DNA from: Jimgerdemannia flammicorona
Taxonomy: Eukaryota
NCBI GenBank assembly: GCA_003990765.1
Contig: RBNJ01000067.1
Coordinates: 1 to 44,433, forward strand
Reading direction: 5' to 3'
DNA length: 44,433 nucleotides
Numbering within the stretch: the stretch's first letter is position 1; each line of letters opens with the position of its first letter. A program made the translations under genes and the position numbers. The notes under the pieces are model-generated. The model searched no databases. It was not told the origin of the DNA and saw only the letters and a list, made by a program, of their open reading frames with translations. Shown here piece by piece: positions 1 to 13,248 of the stretch.

Positions 1-1477
1 CACTCTGGGCACTCCCTTCCCCCCCAACCACTGGGTCCCCCACTGCGATCCTCCTTCCCGACTCATCCCACTCCTCCTCCAGGACATCAAGAAGCTCCTC
101 CTCACCTCCGACTCCTCCCGGGACCCCATACTGTGGCTGTACTTCTACGCTCATCTCAGCGTCCTCCACCACGCCGCCCTGCCCTCCTTCCCCACGGACC
201 TCTTGGGCCACCCTTTGATCCACTCTGGGCTCCCCAGCCCAGTTACTTTCCCTCGATCCCCCTCCACTTCCTCCCTCTCTACCTTCCACCACACCTCCTC
301 CCAATTTCTCCAACAGCTCCTTCTGAATACACCTCCCCTGCATCTTTTCCCAAGTTCCTCGATCCATCCTGATCTTCTTCCCTTCTACAATTTCCACCAC
401 TGTCTTGACCTCATACTCCTTCCAAGCCAATCATCTCCTCTCAACAGCTCCCGTCAGATCCTCAAGAGCCTCTAGCAAATCCTCCTCTTCCTCCAGTGTC
501 CCTTTCACCCGAGAGACCCTGCACTCAGCCTGTCTCCACTTCAGCGTCGCCGGCCAGTCCCTCGCCTTCCCCATGTTCTCCTGACCAAATAAGCGTACTC
601 TTACATCAATGTCTCCAGTCCTAAGTTCCGTACCCTCCCAGACTTTGAACCCGATATCGATGACATCCCCATACTCCTTTACCACCTCCACAATCAACTC
701 TCTAGCCCTCTCCCACGACACCATAGGAAGATCCAGTACTGTCAGCTGCACCACTCTCGGGTCCCAGCGCATGCACCTCGCCATAGGAACTACCACTCTA
801 CCCACTACTACCCCTTTCTCCATAGCCTCCAGCATCGACACCTCTTCTTCAAACCCAACCTCAATCCCTTCCTTCCCCTTCATGAACTTGACCATAGCTG
901 CCCCCTTCACCTCCTGTGCCACCAGCCCCAGGATCATCCTCGCAGTCACTGCCAAGCCTCGGAAACACAATGTGACTGCGAATTCTGACCTCGACTTTTT
1001 GAGTAATGGTGCCGACACCATGCCTGTCACTCCATCAGCCAGGTCTCTGGGCCTCGTGCCCTCCTTCTGACCAGATCTGCCAACCACCGTCACATCTGGA
1101 TTTTTTTCCAGATTCCCCGTCACAGCCCCATCAGCAGTCACATCTCCAACCCCTACTTCCCCTCCCCCCATGCCGACTGAGGCTCCCATGGGGGATCCTC
1201 CCTGCCCTCCTTCTGAACCCGGCATCGCCTTCCCCAGTCCCAACCAACCATCCAGCCCTGCGGCCATCTTTCCCATCCTGACCTTGTCGGCAAAGGTTGC
1301 CCTCCCCCCACCTCTCTGCCTCAGTCCACCTCTCCCTCCACCTCCAGCGCCACCACCCACCACAGATGGCCCTGGCATCCCCAAACCATCTCCTCATTTC
1401 CTCCCAACCTGCTGCCAGTCAAAGGCCCGGCTACCCCCCTGGCTGACCTGCCCACCAGTTTGCTTGTTGCTCGCCAT
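1..1477 (-). pseudogene. LINE ORF1 (Gly-rich N-terminus, RRM-like core, Glu/Arg-rich C-terminal part), with premature stops
   Basis: MASNKQTGG...VQLTVLDLP...VVKEYGDVIDIGFKVWEGTELRTGDIDVRV. The same protein is visible in ORF 40389..40661 and at ~8050-8600. In the other copies it lies upstream of APE-RT. Confidence 0.8.
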
Positions 1478-1560
1478 GTTGATAGTAGCTTTTCACCAAA
1501 AACTTCGCAGAAAGTGTTGTCCAAATCTTGTGTCACCTGAATGTTACTGGTGAAAGGTGT
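1..1560 (-). mobile_element. Non-LTR retrotransposon (L1/Tx1-like LINE), copy A: 5' UTR and ORF1, cut off by the window edge
   Basis: Colinear with the 5' ends of the LINEs at 7484-13248 (+) and 35368-41307 (-), e.g. cctttcaccagtaacattcaggtgacacaag. ORF1 ATG at 1477 is in frame with ORF 431..1384 across a TGA at 1394-1396. This is the least decayed copy and retains many CpGs. Confidence 0.9.
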
Positions 1561-1960
1561 GTGACCTTATCTTTAATATATATATATTAATACAGTAATA
1601 TAATATTTAATTAAATAATTTATTTAAATTAGAGAACAAAATATATTAATTTAATAATATTATAAATTCAATGGAATTTTCAATTTCTCTATATATAACT
1701 TATAATATATATTACTTATAAAAATTCAATTTATTATTTTTTATTTTATTTTATTTTAAAATTTTATAATCAACTTAAATCTTTTATCTAACTCAGATAT
1801 CTAATATCTAAAATATATTAGATCTGATAAATATTTAATATTTAAACAAAGTTAATTAAAAATATTGTAAAATTATTTATTTGATAACATTATATCAAAA
1901 TTAAAGTTTATATTAAATTAAATATATATAATAATTATATAGTATACTTAGTGTGTGTAT

Positions 1961-2270
1961 TAGTAACTCTTAAACAAATTGAATTAATTCAAATTGAATC
2001 GAATGGGTCATTCAAATCACATCGAATTGGGAATTTTTCAAATTGAATAGAGGTCTGATTTGATTCAAAATTTTATCCTAACTTCAAATGTAATAACTCT
2101 ATTAAAATACATCCAAATTTAATATTCTTTGTTATGTATGCTATATTTGCCATAATAAGGCATATCTAATAAGCTAAAAATCATTAAATTTGGATATGTT
2201 TTGGTCAAGTTATTGAATTTTGAAAAATTAGGTTTGAATCAAACTTCAATTTGATTTGTTCAGAGCACTA
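1961..2270. mobile_element. Non-autonomous hAT-like MITE (310 bp)
   Basis: Termini TAGTAACTCTTAAACAAAT / ATTTGTTCAGAGCACTA form an imperfect TIR. 8-bp TSD gtgtgtat (1953-1960) / gtgtgcat (2271-2278). TAG ends with an 8-bp TSD are typical of hAT. Confidence 0.75.
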
Positions 2271-2462
2271 GTGTGCATGCATTTAAATATATGGCACAGG
2301 TACTCAATAGTACTCAATTTACTCAATATACAGTACCAGGATTTCTGTGATGGAAATAAAAATAGACCAAGAGTACCACAAACGGATGGACGCGCGATAT
2401 CCATATTTCCATCCCATAGCCTAACGACAATAGCTGGGGTTTCCGAAGCATTTTATTACTTG

Positions 2463-2465
2463 GCC

Positions 2466-2515
<50 letters not shown>

Positions 2516-2518
2516 GGC
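2463..2518. repeat. Perfect palindrome GCC-T25-A25-GGC
   Basis: T run 2466-2490 directly followed by A run 2491-2515, flanked by gcc/ggc. Confidence 0.85.
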
Positions 2519-3284
2519 GTTTAGCGGGAAAATGGTACAAACAAGTCGATAGATTCAACACTTAGTAGTATGACTGCAATTCATGCTCATACAGAGAAGG
2601 CATCCCGCGTGTACCCTGAATTGTCCCAGGGAGACCCTTTCACGCCGTATTGGCACGGCTACTTGCACAAAACCCTGGGAAGTAGGAGAGCAGGAGTCCC
2701 CACCGCCTGACGTCGCCGATGTACGAAAAAGAAAACGTCGATTCGAGCGCTTGGGGGGCTGACAGACATACAAAAGCGCGATTTTCAAACAAATCCCCAC
2801 CTGACTTTACTGTGAATCAACAAATCATAAAGTGAGGAAGGTGAGTAAAAGATGAGGACACGCGCGTAGCGACGGGTGAAAGAGTAGACGGAAAAAATAG
2901 AGACCTGACTAAGCAACGGACGACCACAAGACTGGTACAACGAAGTATTACCAATATACACCCCCATGGCACGGGACTTTCGAATCACGTCTGAATCAGC
3001 GTAGCTTGGGGTGCGTAAACAAGATCGAAATGTGTAATGAGAAAGTGGGGCCTTTTATTCAAAGCTTTCTATAGCTTATTTCATACACGGGGATGCGTAG
3101 AATTTTCAAAAGTCAAGAAGACGATATCATAAAGCATGTGGTCGTAGAAATACGGATTGGTGCGTAGGGACGAAATGTCTCATTCTTAATATTTGTTTTC
3201 ATATAAGGCGGGAAATATAGATTTTTTTTTTTTTTTTTTTTTTTTAAGTATAGCGTTAAATCATTCTTCGTCGTGTAACGGATC

Positions 3285-4646
3285 TCATTTTTTTTTTGAA
3301 CGAATAAACCATCGTAACACTCGGCAAATTCCTCTCTTTTGCGTTGATGGACATATGGACATTACCACCGGTTGCCCGCCTTCTCTTTTCCACGTATTGC
3401 CTCTGTGGCGGTGGAACCCATGCCACCTAATCCACATGTTTGTCTTCTCCATCAAATGGCCGGGGATAACCATCTTCTCGAGCTTGGGACAGCTGCCCAC
3501 GGCCCATTCCAGGAACGACTCGTCGAGCCTGTCGCACCTTGCCAGCGACAACGTTCGTAGTTCGGACCATCCAGCGCCAACAGTTACACGGTCGTCCAGA
3601 TTCAAGCATCCTTCTAGGTCGAGGTTTTCGAGTCGCCGATATCGCTTGTGCGAGGCATCAGTCAGTACCAAACCAACCACCCAGCTAATCCGCACCCAAC
3701 TAATCCGCACCAAGCGAAGACTCCGCAGTTCGGTGCAGCGCGTCACGACGGCACACACGTTGCTAATAGTGACGGCGGTGTTGTCCATTGGTCCCAAGTT
3801 GACGAGGGCGAAAGATTGAAGCCGCGGGCACGAGATCGCCAGCGCTTCGATGGTGTGGTCCAACTTCTGTCGGTTGCTGTGCGTGTAATGAAATTGGCGT
3901 AAGTCTGGCCAAGCCGGTAAAACAAAGGCTAAAGCTTCGCCGGTGACATGGACGTCGCTCAAGGACACCTCGCGCATCCGCGAGCACATACGCAGGGCGC
4001 TGTTTGTGCCGAGGGATATGGTGCAATGAGTGAGGCGTAGGGATTCAAGTTGAGGAGACAGGAGGGTAAGAAGTGAGTTCATTTTCGTGTAGTCAGTTGT
4101 GTATCTGTAGCCTTTGAGGTCGAGGCGCTTAATGGGATGCGAGAAGGGTCGAAGGTCGTGGAACACATTGTTGACCTCGTTGAGGGTCATGGAGTACATT
4201 TGATTTGGACGGGCTATGACGATTTTAAGTTCTACAAGGTTGCGCGGTCGCAGGTGGAAGAGTTCCTTGAGGGTGTTGAGCTTTTGATCGAGCCGATAGT
4301 ATTCCAAGGAGGAGACGTCGATCGTCACTTGCTCGATCTGGTCCAGATCATCAAGCTCATTACGACGAGACTCGGCGAGTATGTCGATATAACGTTTCAT
4401 TCCATCGATGTCGAAACGATTGTTGTAAATGACAGTTCGGAACAAGCCGAGTTGGATGCTCTTGTCGAGTAACGGGCGGGCCTCAATGTACCAGCTACGG
4501 CAAACCATCGAACTGGCGAAAAGGTCCCAAGGCGTCTCCGATAAAATGGTGGCATGGGTTGCCGGCAATAGGTGCCGGAGCACCTGGTTTAAAACGTCAG
4601 GGACAAGGCAAGGTTGGCTGTGGTTGCGGTTTACGAGGGCTGCCAT
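3285..4646 (-). CDS. F-box/leucine-rich-repeat (RNI-like) protein, apparently intronless, ~453 aa
   Basis: N-terminal F-box-like motif (LVPDVLNQVLRHL...LFASSMVCRSWY). Cys-containing LRRs: CPRLQSFAL, CTELRSLRL, LENLDLEGC, LRTLSLARC, CPKLEKM. ATG at 4646; CpG-rich. Confidence 0.85.
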   Translation of the reverse strand: MAALVNRNHSQPCLVPDVLNQVLRHLLPATHATILSETPWDLFASSMVCRSWYIEARPLLDKSIQLGLFRTVIYNNRFDIDGMKRYIDILAESRRNELDDLDQIEQVTIDVSSLEYYRLDQKLNTLKELFHLRPRNLVELKIVIARPNQMYSMTLNEVNNVFHDLRPFSHPIKRLDLKGYRYTTDYTKMNSLLTLLSPQLESLRLTHCTISLGTNSALRMCSRMREVSLSDVHVTGEALAFVLPAWPDLRQFHYTHSNRQKLDHTIEALAISCPRLQSFALVNLGPMDNTAVTISNVCAVVTRCTELRSLRLVRISWVRISWVVGLVLTDASHKRYRRLENLDLEGCLNLDDRVTVGAGWSELRTLSLARCDRLDESFLEWAVGSCPKLEKMVIPGHLMEKTNMWIRWHGFHRHRGNTWKREGGQPVVMSICPSTQKRGICRVLRWFIRSKKK

Positions 4647-6591
4647 CAATCGAGGAACGGTGTTGCTGAGCGCAGCCCAAGTCGGCCTTTTGACATCGAT
4701 GAACCGTCACAAAATGTCAACTCCAAAATCGTTTGTACGTTTAGATTAAGTATCTTTTGGTCGATCGGGTAGTCGGTGAATGTTTGCTGACCGGGTTCAA
4801 CCCCACGCGAAGCCAAAACAAACACAGAACCGCTTTAGGAACTCAAATATCAGGTGCAAAGGATGTAATACCGCGAAGCTTGACCAATCCAAAGAATTTG
4901 AGTACGCAGGCCTCAAAATCGATGCGAAAGAATTCACAATGGCCGTAACGACCGATCGATAACTAGCTCTGACGACCGAAGCTGTAATTGTCGGGTTGCG
5001 ATCGATCAGTTTGATTTCAGGGGGGGTGACCCATCCGATTTGAGAAGCTGAAAATAAACTCACCAAATAAGGCATTACAAGAAAAAAGTTACCGCGGACT
5101 GCGTAAACTAAGATTAGAAGGACCAAGATAGCTTATGAAGAGTTCGATAAGATATGCGGCGAGGGTTGAATCTGGCGTCAGCGGAAACTATGAATAGCTC
5201 GGCATAGAACAATCTATTACTTAATTGATTATCATAAATAGCAAGATTTTATAAATTACACCTAATATATTAATACCATATAAAATATAAAATAGGAACT
5301 ATCTAGATTACAACTGAATAGTAATAAAAAATTAGCAGAATTTATTAATCTATAATATAGTTAAAAATATTGTTATAATATTTTTACTATTATTATAATT
5401 TTAATTAAATAAAATAAAAAGCTAATATATTATTAATTATATAAAGTTTTTAAGCTTAGAAATATTTATATATTATGATATACAATATATATATCTTTTT
5501 TACAGAATACACTGCTTAATATACCACTTAGTTATCTTATATGCTATTTATCTTTTTGTCTAACAATGTTCTGGCTTAATGTTCAGTTTAACTGCTGTTT
5601 AATTTATTTATATTTCTCATTTATATCAAGTTGAAGTTTATGTATTATTGATGTTTATATATTATAAGTCATTGGTCACATAACTAGATATTCAGAATGG
5701 TGAAAGGTGAAAGTACATATATTGTGGATTCTGACATACTGATGGTTATCCTGGTGTTCTTTAGTGAAGTTTTCTGGCAAATTGGCAATCTTATATCTTA
5801 AATTCCATGTAGTCTGAGGTCTTATATCTGATTTTCATAGTAGTGGTTCTTAACTGACTGTCTTGTATTCTTTTGTGACAATTTTTATAGTAGTGACAGT
5901 TCATATCTTGAGTTTTATAATGATTTTTATATCAATTTCTAAGGTAGCAAGAGTAATTTCTTAACTCTTAGAAGTAGTGTATTTCTTTGTAAATTTCTTT
6001 TACTTCAAACTATCTGACTGAAGTTTATTCACTCTTGTTTTGAAGATATTTATATATATTTCTACTATATCTTAGTAGCAAGATCTAAATATACTATTGG
6101 TTTACTGGTAGCAGTACATCAGTGGCAAAGACTATACTAATGGGGTAAGATTGGAATACTTTTATTCTACACTACTGATAAAGAATGTTTAAATAATAGA
6201 GAAGACTATTCTATATTTATTCTATACTGCTGGCAAAAAATATTAATCTCTATCTTAAAAGATATAGTACTTTTTATCAGTAGTAAGCAAATTATCTTAC
6301 TGAGTTATAATTTCATTATACTACTCTTTAAAGAGGAGAAGTACTGACCAAGAAGTGAGAAGATAGAATAATGACCAATTATCTTCAATAATATTTTCTA
6401 ACCCTTATATAGCTTGAAGGCAGACTGAAGATTGTTCGATTCTTTGTTGTTCTTTTTCTAAGAATTCATCAGTTTGAACATCTTGAGATACTATGGTAAT
6501 TTTAATAGTAAAGTCTTGGTGTTCTTCTTCTTCTTAGATAGAAGCTTCTGGGACTTCTTAGTTCAGTTCCTATATAACGTAATGTGACATA

Positions 6592-7114
6592 TAGTACTCT
6601 GAATGAGTTAATTCAGATAGGATTTGAATCTCATCCAGATTAACTCAGATAAGATTTGAATCTCATCTAGATAGATTTGAATCAACTATTGTTTTGATTT
6701 CTGAATTTAATGATCTTTATATCATTTGAAAGCTCTTAATAAGGTCTTTCTAATGATACTAAGAATATTAAAATTGAATTACACATTATCAAGATATTAA
6801 GAAAAACATTCTATTTAATGAAATTTCCAAAATTAGTAAATTAAATAATTTCCAAAATTAGCAATTCAGATGGTTTCCTTTATAACTCAGCAACATATGA
6901 TCTAATTTCAATATTCTTAGTATCATTAGATAGGCCCTATTAAGGGCTTTCAAATGACATTAAGATTATCAAATTTGGATAATTATTTATTGAGTTATTG
7001 ATATAAACATTTAATTGTCTAATTTGAAAATCAACATAATAGTTGATTTGAATCCATCCAGATCTGAATTAATTCAAATCCAATTTAGATTAAATTAACT
7101 TGTTAGGAGCACTA
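6592..7114. mobile_element. hAT-like MITE (523 bp) with a long internal inverted repeat
   Basis: TIR TAGTACTCTGAATGAGTTAATT / AATTAACTTGTTAGGAGCACTA. 8-bp TSD gtgacata (6584-6591) / gtgatata (7115-7122). ~6700-6790 is an inverted copy of ~6895-6980. Termini are related to the MITE at 1961-2270. Confidence 0.8.
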
Positions 7115-7483
7115 GTGATATATAACTAATAGAGTAGTGGATGGTCATAGTAGCTTCTATAGATGCTTTGATAGTAATAGATAGTTCTTCAAAGATTTCT
7201 ATAAGACTTATTAGATGGCTTTAATAGTTGTCTTGGAGAGGAGTGGTATAGAAGTCTGGTAGAGTGGATTCAATTTGTTGACTTTCTATAGTAATATGGT
7301 TGCTTCTGATATAATCAATGACTTTAGCTTCCATCTAATTGACTTCTTTAGTAGTGAGATAGACTATGTTTCTAGCAGTAACTCCTTATAAGTAAGCTAT
7401 AGCCTAGAGTATATGGCAGAAGATTTGGTAGATATGAAGGGCTCTCTTGATCAGCCAGTTGATAGTTAATAGTTCAGCAATAA

Positions 7484-10400
7484 ACACTCTCTCATTACCT
7501 TTCTCTGGTAATATTCAGATTATACAAACTTCTGACAATACTCAAGACATTATTTTTGGAGAAAAGATAATAGCAATATAGTAACTGACAAGTATTCTAA
7601 GATATATACTAGGCAGGGCAGCCCTAGTATATTTAACTGGCAATATATGGAGAGAAGTCATAGCTTGGGGGAAAGTATGTAGGACTTACTGGCAGAAGAA
7701 TATAGAAGGGGAGAAGACAGTATTAGGAGATAGGAGACTGGGAGAATAAGTTTTACAGATAAGGTAAAGAAGAGTCATCTGATGACTAGACTAGAGAGCT
7801 GACTGAGGAAGGGTAAGGAGATGGTGAGGACTGTAGAAGCTGATGGAGCAGCCTATGGTGGTGAGAGCAGTAGGGCTGAGAGAGTAGTGACTGGAGAGAG
7901 TGGGACTGCTGATGGTAAGTAAACTGCTAATCTGGAAAAAAATTCAGATATAATGGCTGATGATAGATCTAGACAGAGGGGGGGTATAAGGCTTAGAGAT
8001 CTGGTAGATAGTGTAATGGGCCTGGTAGCAGTACTATTACTCAAAAAATTGAGATCAGAATTTACTATCATATTATATTTCCAAGACTTGGTAGTGATGG
8101 TAAGAATGATTCTGAGACTAAGGTGAAGAGAGCAGTATTGGTGAAATTCTTAAAGAGTCTGAAAGAGGTGAAGGTCAGCTTTGAGAAAGAGGATATACTA
8201 TTGGAAGTAATAGAGAAGAGAGTGGTAGTAGGAGAGGTAGTGATCTCTATGACCCAGTGCTTGCACTGGAATCTCTGAGTAGTACAGCTGATAGTGCTGA
8301 ATATTTCTATAGTATTGAAGGAAATTGCCAAGAGATTAATTGTTGAGGTCATCAAGGAGTATAGAGAAATTATAGATATTGAGTTTTGGGTCTGGGAGGA
8401 CACCAAATTCAGGACTAACAATGTAGATATCAGAGTGTAGCTGGTGGGCAAGAAGAATATAGGAAAGATAAGGAACTGGCCAGTGGTCCTCAAATGGAGA
8501 TCTGTGGAGTACAAGTTCTTGAGAGTGAAAGGGATACTAGAGAAAGAAAAGAACTTGCTAAAGGTATTAGAGGATCTAGCTAGAGCTATAAAGAGGAGAA
8601 AATTAGCATAGAAGGAGTTTGAGGTCAGAATAGTTGTAGAGATCATAAATGGCAAGAAGGTGTAACTGGACTGAGCAGCCTGGGAGAGAGTATAGAAGAG
8701 GTACATTCAGAAGAATCTATTGGCTAAGTTGGGAGAAGGGGCAGCTAGGGGAACTACCACTGATGAGGCTAGATCAAGAGTGAGTATCTGAGTAGAAGAG
8801 AAGAAAGCAGTACCAGAGGAAATCTCAGGTGGGGGGGAAGACATAGGACTGAGTATTATGGTGGAGGATGCAGAGATGATAGAGGGGGAGAGGAGTACTA
8901 GGTGAGGCTGAAGGATATGATAAATTGCAGGATATACTAGAAGTAGATTGAGATGAGTTAATAAGGAGAAATATAGAGAGTAGACAGGTAGAAGGAGAGA
9001 AGAGAGTGATCTAATGAGTGGTAGAGGCTGAGGTTGAGGAGAAATGGCTATAGAAAACACTTGAGAATATGGTAGCTGAGGAGCTAGAGAAAGGACTTCT
9101 AGATACTGAGTGAGAGATACTGAAGTAAAATTCTACAGAGTGAGGAGGTGCTAAGAAAACTCTGTGATGAGATAATAGTAGCAATACTGAAGATTAAGAC
9201 ATATCAGATAGATGATGATAGAGAGATGATACTTCTGATGATTACAAATAACAGAGCTATATATATATAGAGCTCAAAGAAAGGGCTGGCTAAGTGGCAG
9301 GTAGTGTGTGAGGAGTACTGAACAGAGATAGAGGCTGTGGATAGTATAGATTATTAGGAGATCTTGGAGGCACTAGAGACTCAGTAGAGAGAGATAGATG
9401 AACTAGAGGTAGAGAGGAATCTTGATGTTACTGGTGATATAGCAAGTATGGAATTATAGAGTAGATAGCTATTCTTTAAATAACATTATTTAATATAAAC
9501 AATATAACTAGAATATCATCTTTGAATATCAATGGGCTATGGGGAGCAGTGAGGTGTCAAAATATCTTTGGATAGCTGAAGGGAATGGAAGCTGATCTGT
9601 TCCTACTATAGGATAGTGAGTGTGATAGAGACTTAGATATTCTGAACTAGATAAAGGAATGGGGTGGTGTGGCTATTTGGCAAGGATGTGTGGGCATTTT
9701 GGTTAGGAAGGGTAAGAGGGATATTAGAGATATTGGATACTAGAGGAGTAGAGTAGAGTGGGGAGTTTGGAAGAGACCAGGCTAGAGATTCTTGATAGTA
9801 GAGTCTTATTATTATCCAGCAGAGAGAGGGGAGAGAGTGGAATGGATTCAAGGGCTACAAGAGTCTGGAGCATTGGTGGAGGCAAGAATTGATTGTCTAG
9901 AAGGAGACTTTAATATAGTATATAATAAAAAGATAGACAGAACTAATGGGGAAAGAGAGATAGCCAGTAAGAGTAGTAATATGGAAGCCTGGAAGGAAGT
10001 CAAACATCTGAGCTCTCTAGTGGATATAGAGAGGATTGGATGGAGAGATTGTAGAGTTTTTATCTATTAGATGGCAGGACTGGACTCAAGAATTGACTGA
10101 ATATTGACTGCTGATTGCTGGAGAGTTGATATCTAGAGAACTTTGGAAACTATTTAGTATCTGTAGTCAGATCACTGGGGTCTTCTAGGAGAGGGGTATT
10201 TTGGGAAAAGTAAAGAGGGACCTGGACATTGGCAACTGAATACCTCTTTACTAGAGGAGGCCTCTCTATGGGAGGTATGGGTGGTAGATATTAGCTCTAG
10301 GGTTTTTGGTTAGCAAGCAGAGAGGCTGAGAATTGGGGATTACTAGATAAGATTGAAATCTGAGATATAATAGTACTGGGGAGAGGCAGGAAGGATATAG

Positions 10401-13248
10401 AGTGCTCAGAGAAAGAAGCAAGTAAAGTAGATCTCTCAGAGATTGGCAGGGTTATTAGTGATTTGGACAGATCTACTGAAGAATAGTAAGAAAGGAAATT
10501 GGTAAATATAATAAATCAGACTAGAGGTAGAGAAGCTGAAGGATATATTAAGACAAGAGAAGGATCTATAGATTAAGAGCATAGTAGCCTAATTATAGTA
10601 GTAGAGATTGGAGGAGGGAGAATAGTCTACTAAGTTTTATCACAGCTTCTACAGATAAAGAGGATATGGCAGCAGTGAGAGAGAGTTTTGAATGAGGCTA
10701 GGGTGTTGGTTGTTAGGATATCAGAGATTCTGGATCAGTTGAGCAGATAGTGGAGACATCTGTAGAGCAAGGAGGATAGAGGGGTAGGGGTACTGAATAT
10801 TGACAGACACTTGGAGAAATAGTACTCTGATCTGGCAGTAGGCTTAGGTGATCTTGGTACTGCTGTTTAAGAGGAAGAGATTCAGCAGGTTCTGATGATA
10901 ACAAGCTCCAGAATAGTACTAGAAGAGGATGACTTATAGTGGAATTTTTGAAAGAAGATGGCAAGAGTTGAGTTAATTCTAAAGAAAATAATGGCAATGT
11001 GTGATTAAGTGATAGACTTAGGGGCATAGATTGGGAGGCAGAGCTTAGGTCTTATAGCTCTGCTGTTTAAGAATAAGAGGAGAAGAGAGGAGTGGAAGAA
11101 CTGGAGACTGATCATGTTTCTGAATATAGATTGCAAACTGATCATAAAGATCCTAGTGGTTAGGCTGTAAAGAGTGGCTCAACAGGTTCTGGGGGCTGGG
11201 CAGAGAGGATTCATAAGGAGATATCTGATTAGAGACAGGACAGTCTGGATGTATGGTATTATTAAGAGAGCTCATACTACTGAGGTAAATAGAAGGCTAG
11301 TTTTCTTAGACCAAGAGAAGGCCTATGATAGAGTCTGGCAAGTGTGGTTGAAAGGGGTGCTAAAGTACATTGGGGTCTCCCCTGGGATCCAGCAGGCCTT
11401 GGTTGGTCTGCTGGAAGGAAGTTGGGCAGCAATTATAGTGAATAGACACAGAGGAGTTTCATTCTCTCTGAGCAGAGGAGTGCTGCAGAGGGATCTACTG
11501 TTCCTGATTCTGTATACACTGTCTCTAGAGTCTTTTTTGGATAGAATATGATATAAGGTGAGAGGATTAGATATTCTAGAGGTTAATTGGAAGGTGGGAG
11601 CCTTCACTAACAATATGGTAGTTGAGCTGGAGTCAGTTGAGAATATTACAATACTGAAAGGTATAGTAGAGTGATATGAGGGATACTCAGATACTAAGCT
11701 CAACTGGTATAAGTGTGAGACTTTGGTGTTGGGAGGAGAGATAGTAGGTAGGGATGTCATTGGAACAATTGTCTCTGTGAGAGAGGCTGTATACTATCTG
11801 GAAATCTACTTTTTAGTATATAGTTCTTTGCTGCTGTATAAGTGGTGGGAGCAGCAGTTGGTGGAGTGGGGAAGTACTCTCTTGGAGTAGAGTGGTTGCT
11901 ATATATATATCTCTGATGGGAAGAGTGATAGTGTTAAATATTTACTGATTGCCTAAGCTATGGTATTTAGAGTACTATCTGAACTTTCTGACATAAATGA
12001 TCAAGCAATTGTTGAAGATAGTCAGGACCTGAATATAGGTAGGATAATAGAGTCAGATTGGTTAAGAGGTATTGATCTGGCCAATGAACTGGAGAGGCCT
12101 GGGTCTGGTGGATTTTCTCAAGTATCTTCACTGCTTAAAAGTATGATAACTGAAGCAAGTAAGCAAGTTGAGGGATAGAGAGTGGGTTCCCCTCATACAG
12201 AGGATGTGGAAAGCCCAGTTCTCCCCCCAGGGTACAACTGGGGATCTTTTATCTCTGGTGGTATTGGAGGAGAGTCAGAGGATGCATTATAAGGTATTCT
12301 GATAAGGAGTGGCTAATAGGGCACACTATATTGATCTCTGATATCAGGATATTGAGAGAGAGAAGTAATAGAGACCCCAGATATAGAGGTAGAACTACCT
12401 TCTGTTAGGTAGGGTACCAGTGGATAACTTCTGCTTAGAGGATAGCATAGAGTGTCTTTGAAAATACAGAAGAGATCTGTGGCCTGAGATATGGTAGGGG
12501 GTAGGAATTAGAGAGGTGTGGAACTGAAACAGTATTTGGCTGTAGGGTAAGCAGGTGGCAAGATGGATTCCCCCTAAGTTCTGGATAGTATAGTGGAGAT
12601 TTCTATAGTGTAATGTTATGTTGAACTACCAGATAGATTATTTGGTAAAAGGAGACATCCAGGAGTATAAGGAGTATCTGAATATCAGATAGGAGAAAAA
12701 AGTAATACAGACTCATGAATATTGATTAGGAGAGTGTAAGGTGATAGGTGACTTTTGGAGAGAGATTGAGATATGGCTGAGATGACACCCACCAGAGTTA
12801 GTGGTAGGAGAGAGATGGGGTGACCTCTGGAGGAGATTGGTGGAAGGATTGGGAGATGAGTGGTTGATATTAAGATGGGTACTAGTGATTTGAGTTGGGC
12901 TTACAGGACATTGGCTACATATATGTATTTGAGGAGGATTGATAGTTGACTTTGGGGGTAAGAATAGCTAGATAAGAGTGGCTGATGATGAATATGTTGA
13001 CTGAGTGGTGGAGGAGTAGAGGTACTGGTGGGAGATACATATCAGAGATAATTAGTAGAGATAATCTGTAGGAAGAGTGGGGGGAGAATTGGAGTGACTA
13101 GGGGGTTGGCAGTGTTTTGAGAGAATGATGAAAAGAAGAGAGAGATTCTGAGTGAGGTTGAGTAAGGGGGTTCATTTGTATTAGTATATTATAGACAGTT
13201 TGGTAATAAAGTAGAAGTTCTTATAACTATAAAAAAAAAAAAAAAAAA
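7484..13248 (+). mobile_element. Full-length decayed L1/Tx1-like LINE, copy B
   Basis: ORF1 remnant from ~7578, then ORF2. AATAAA at 13205 and poly(A) at 13231-13248. 18-bp TSD ttaatagttcagcaataa (7466-7483) / ttaatagtttagtaatga (13249-13266). Confidence 0.93.
9495..13150 (+). pseudogene. LINE ORF2: APE endonuclease, reverse transcriptase and C-terminal CCHC remnant
   Basis: APE motifs SLNINGL, DLFLL*D, GDFN, SRID, SDH and the L1/Tx1-type GPGHWQLNTSLL. RT motifs NWRLI..LNIDCK, QRGF, DQEKAYDRV, GVLQRDLLF (<-GVPQGDPLS) and AFTNN (<-AFADD). Many stop codons. Confidence 0.9.

Noticed and set aside
133-1553. Pro/Ser/Leu-rich plus-strand ORFs (also throughout 36134-41288 and the minus-strand ORFs at 7853-11760)
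   Set aside because: They are antisense shadows of the purine-rich LINE sense strand.
5371-5500. 3' LTR matching 23577-23785
   Set aside because: Only short AT-rich similarities (tgttataa, agaaatatttata) with inconsistent spacing, and no TSD.
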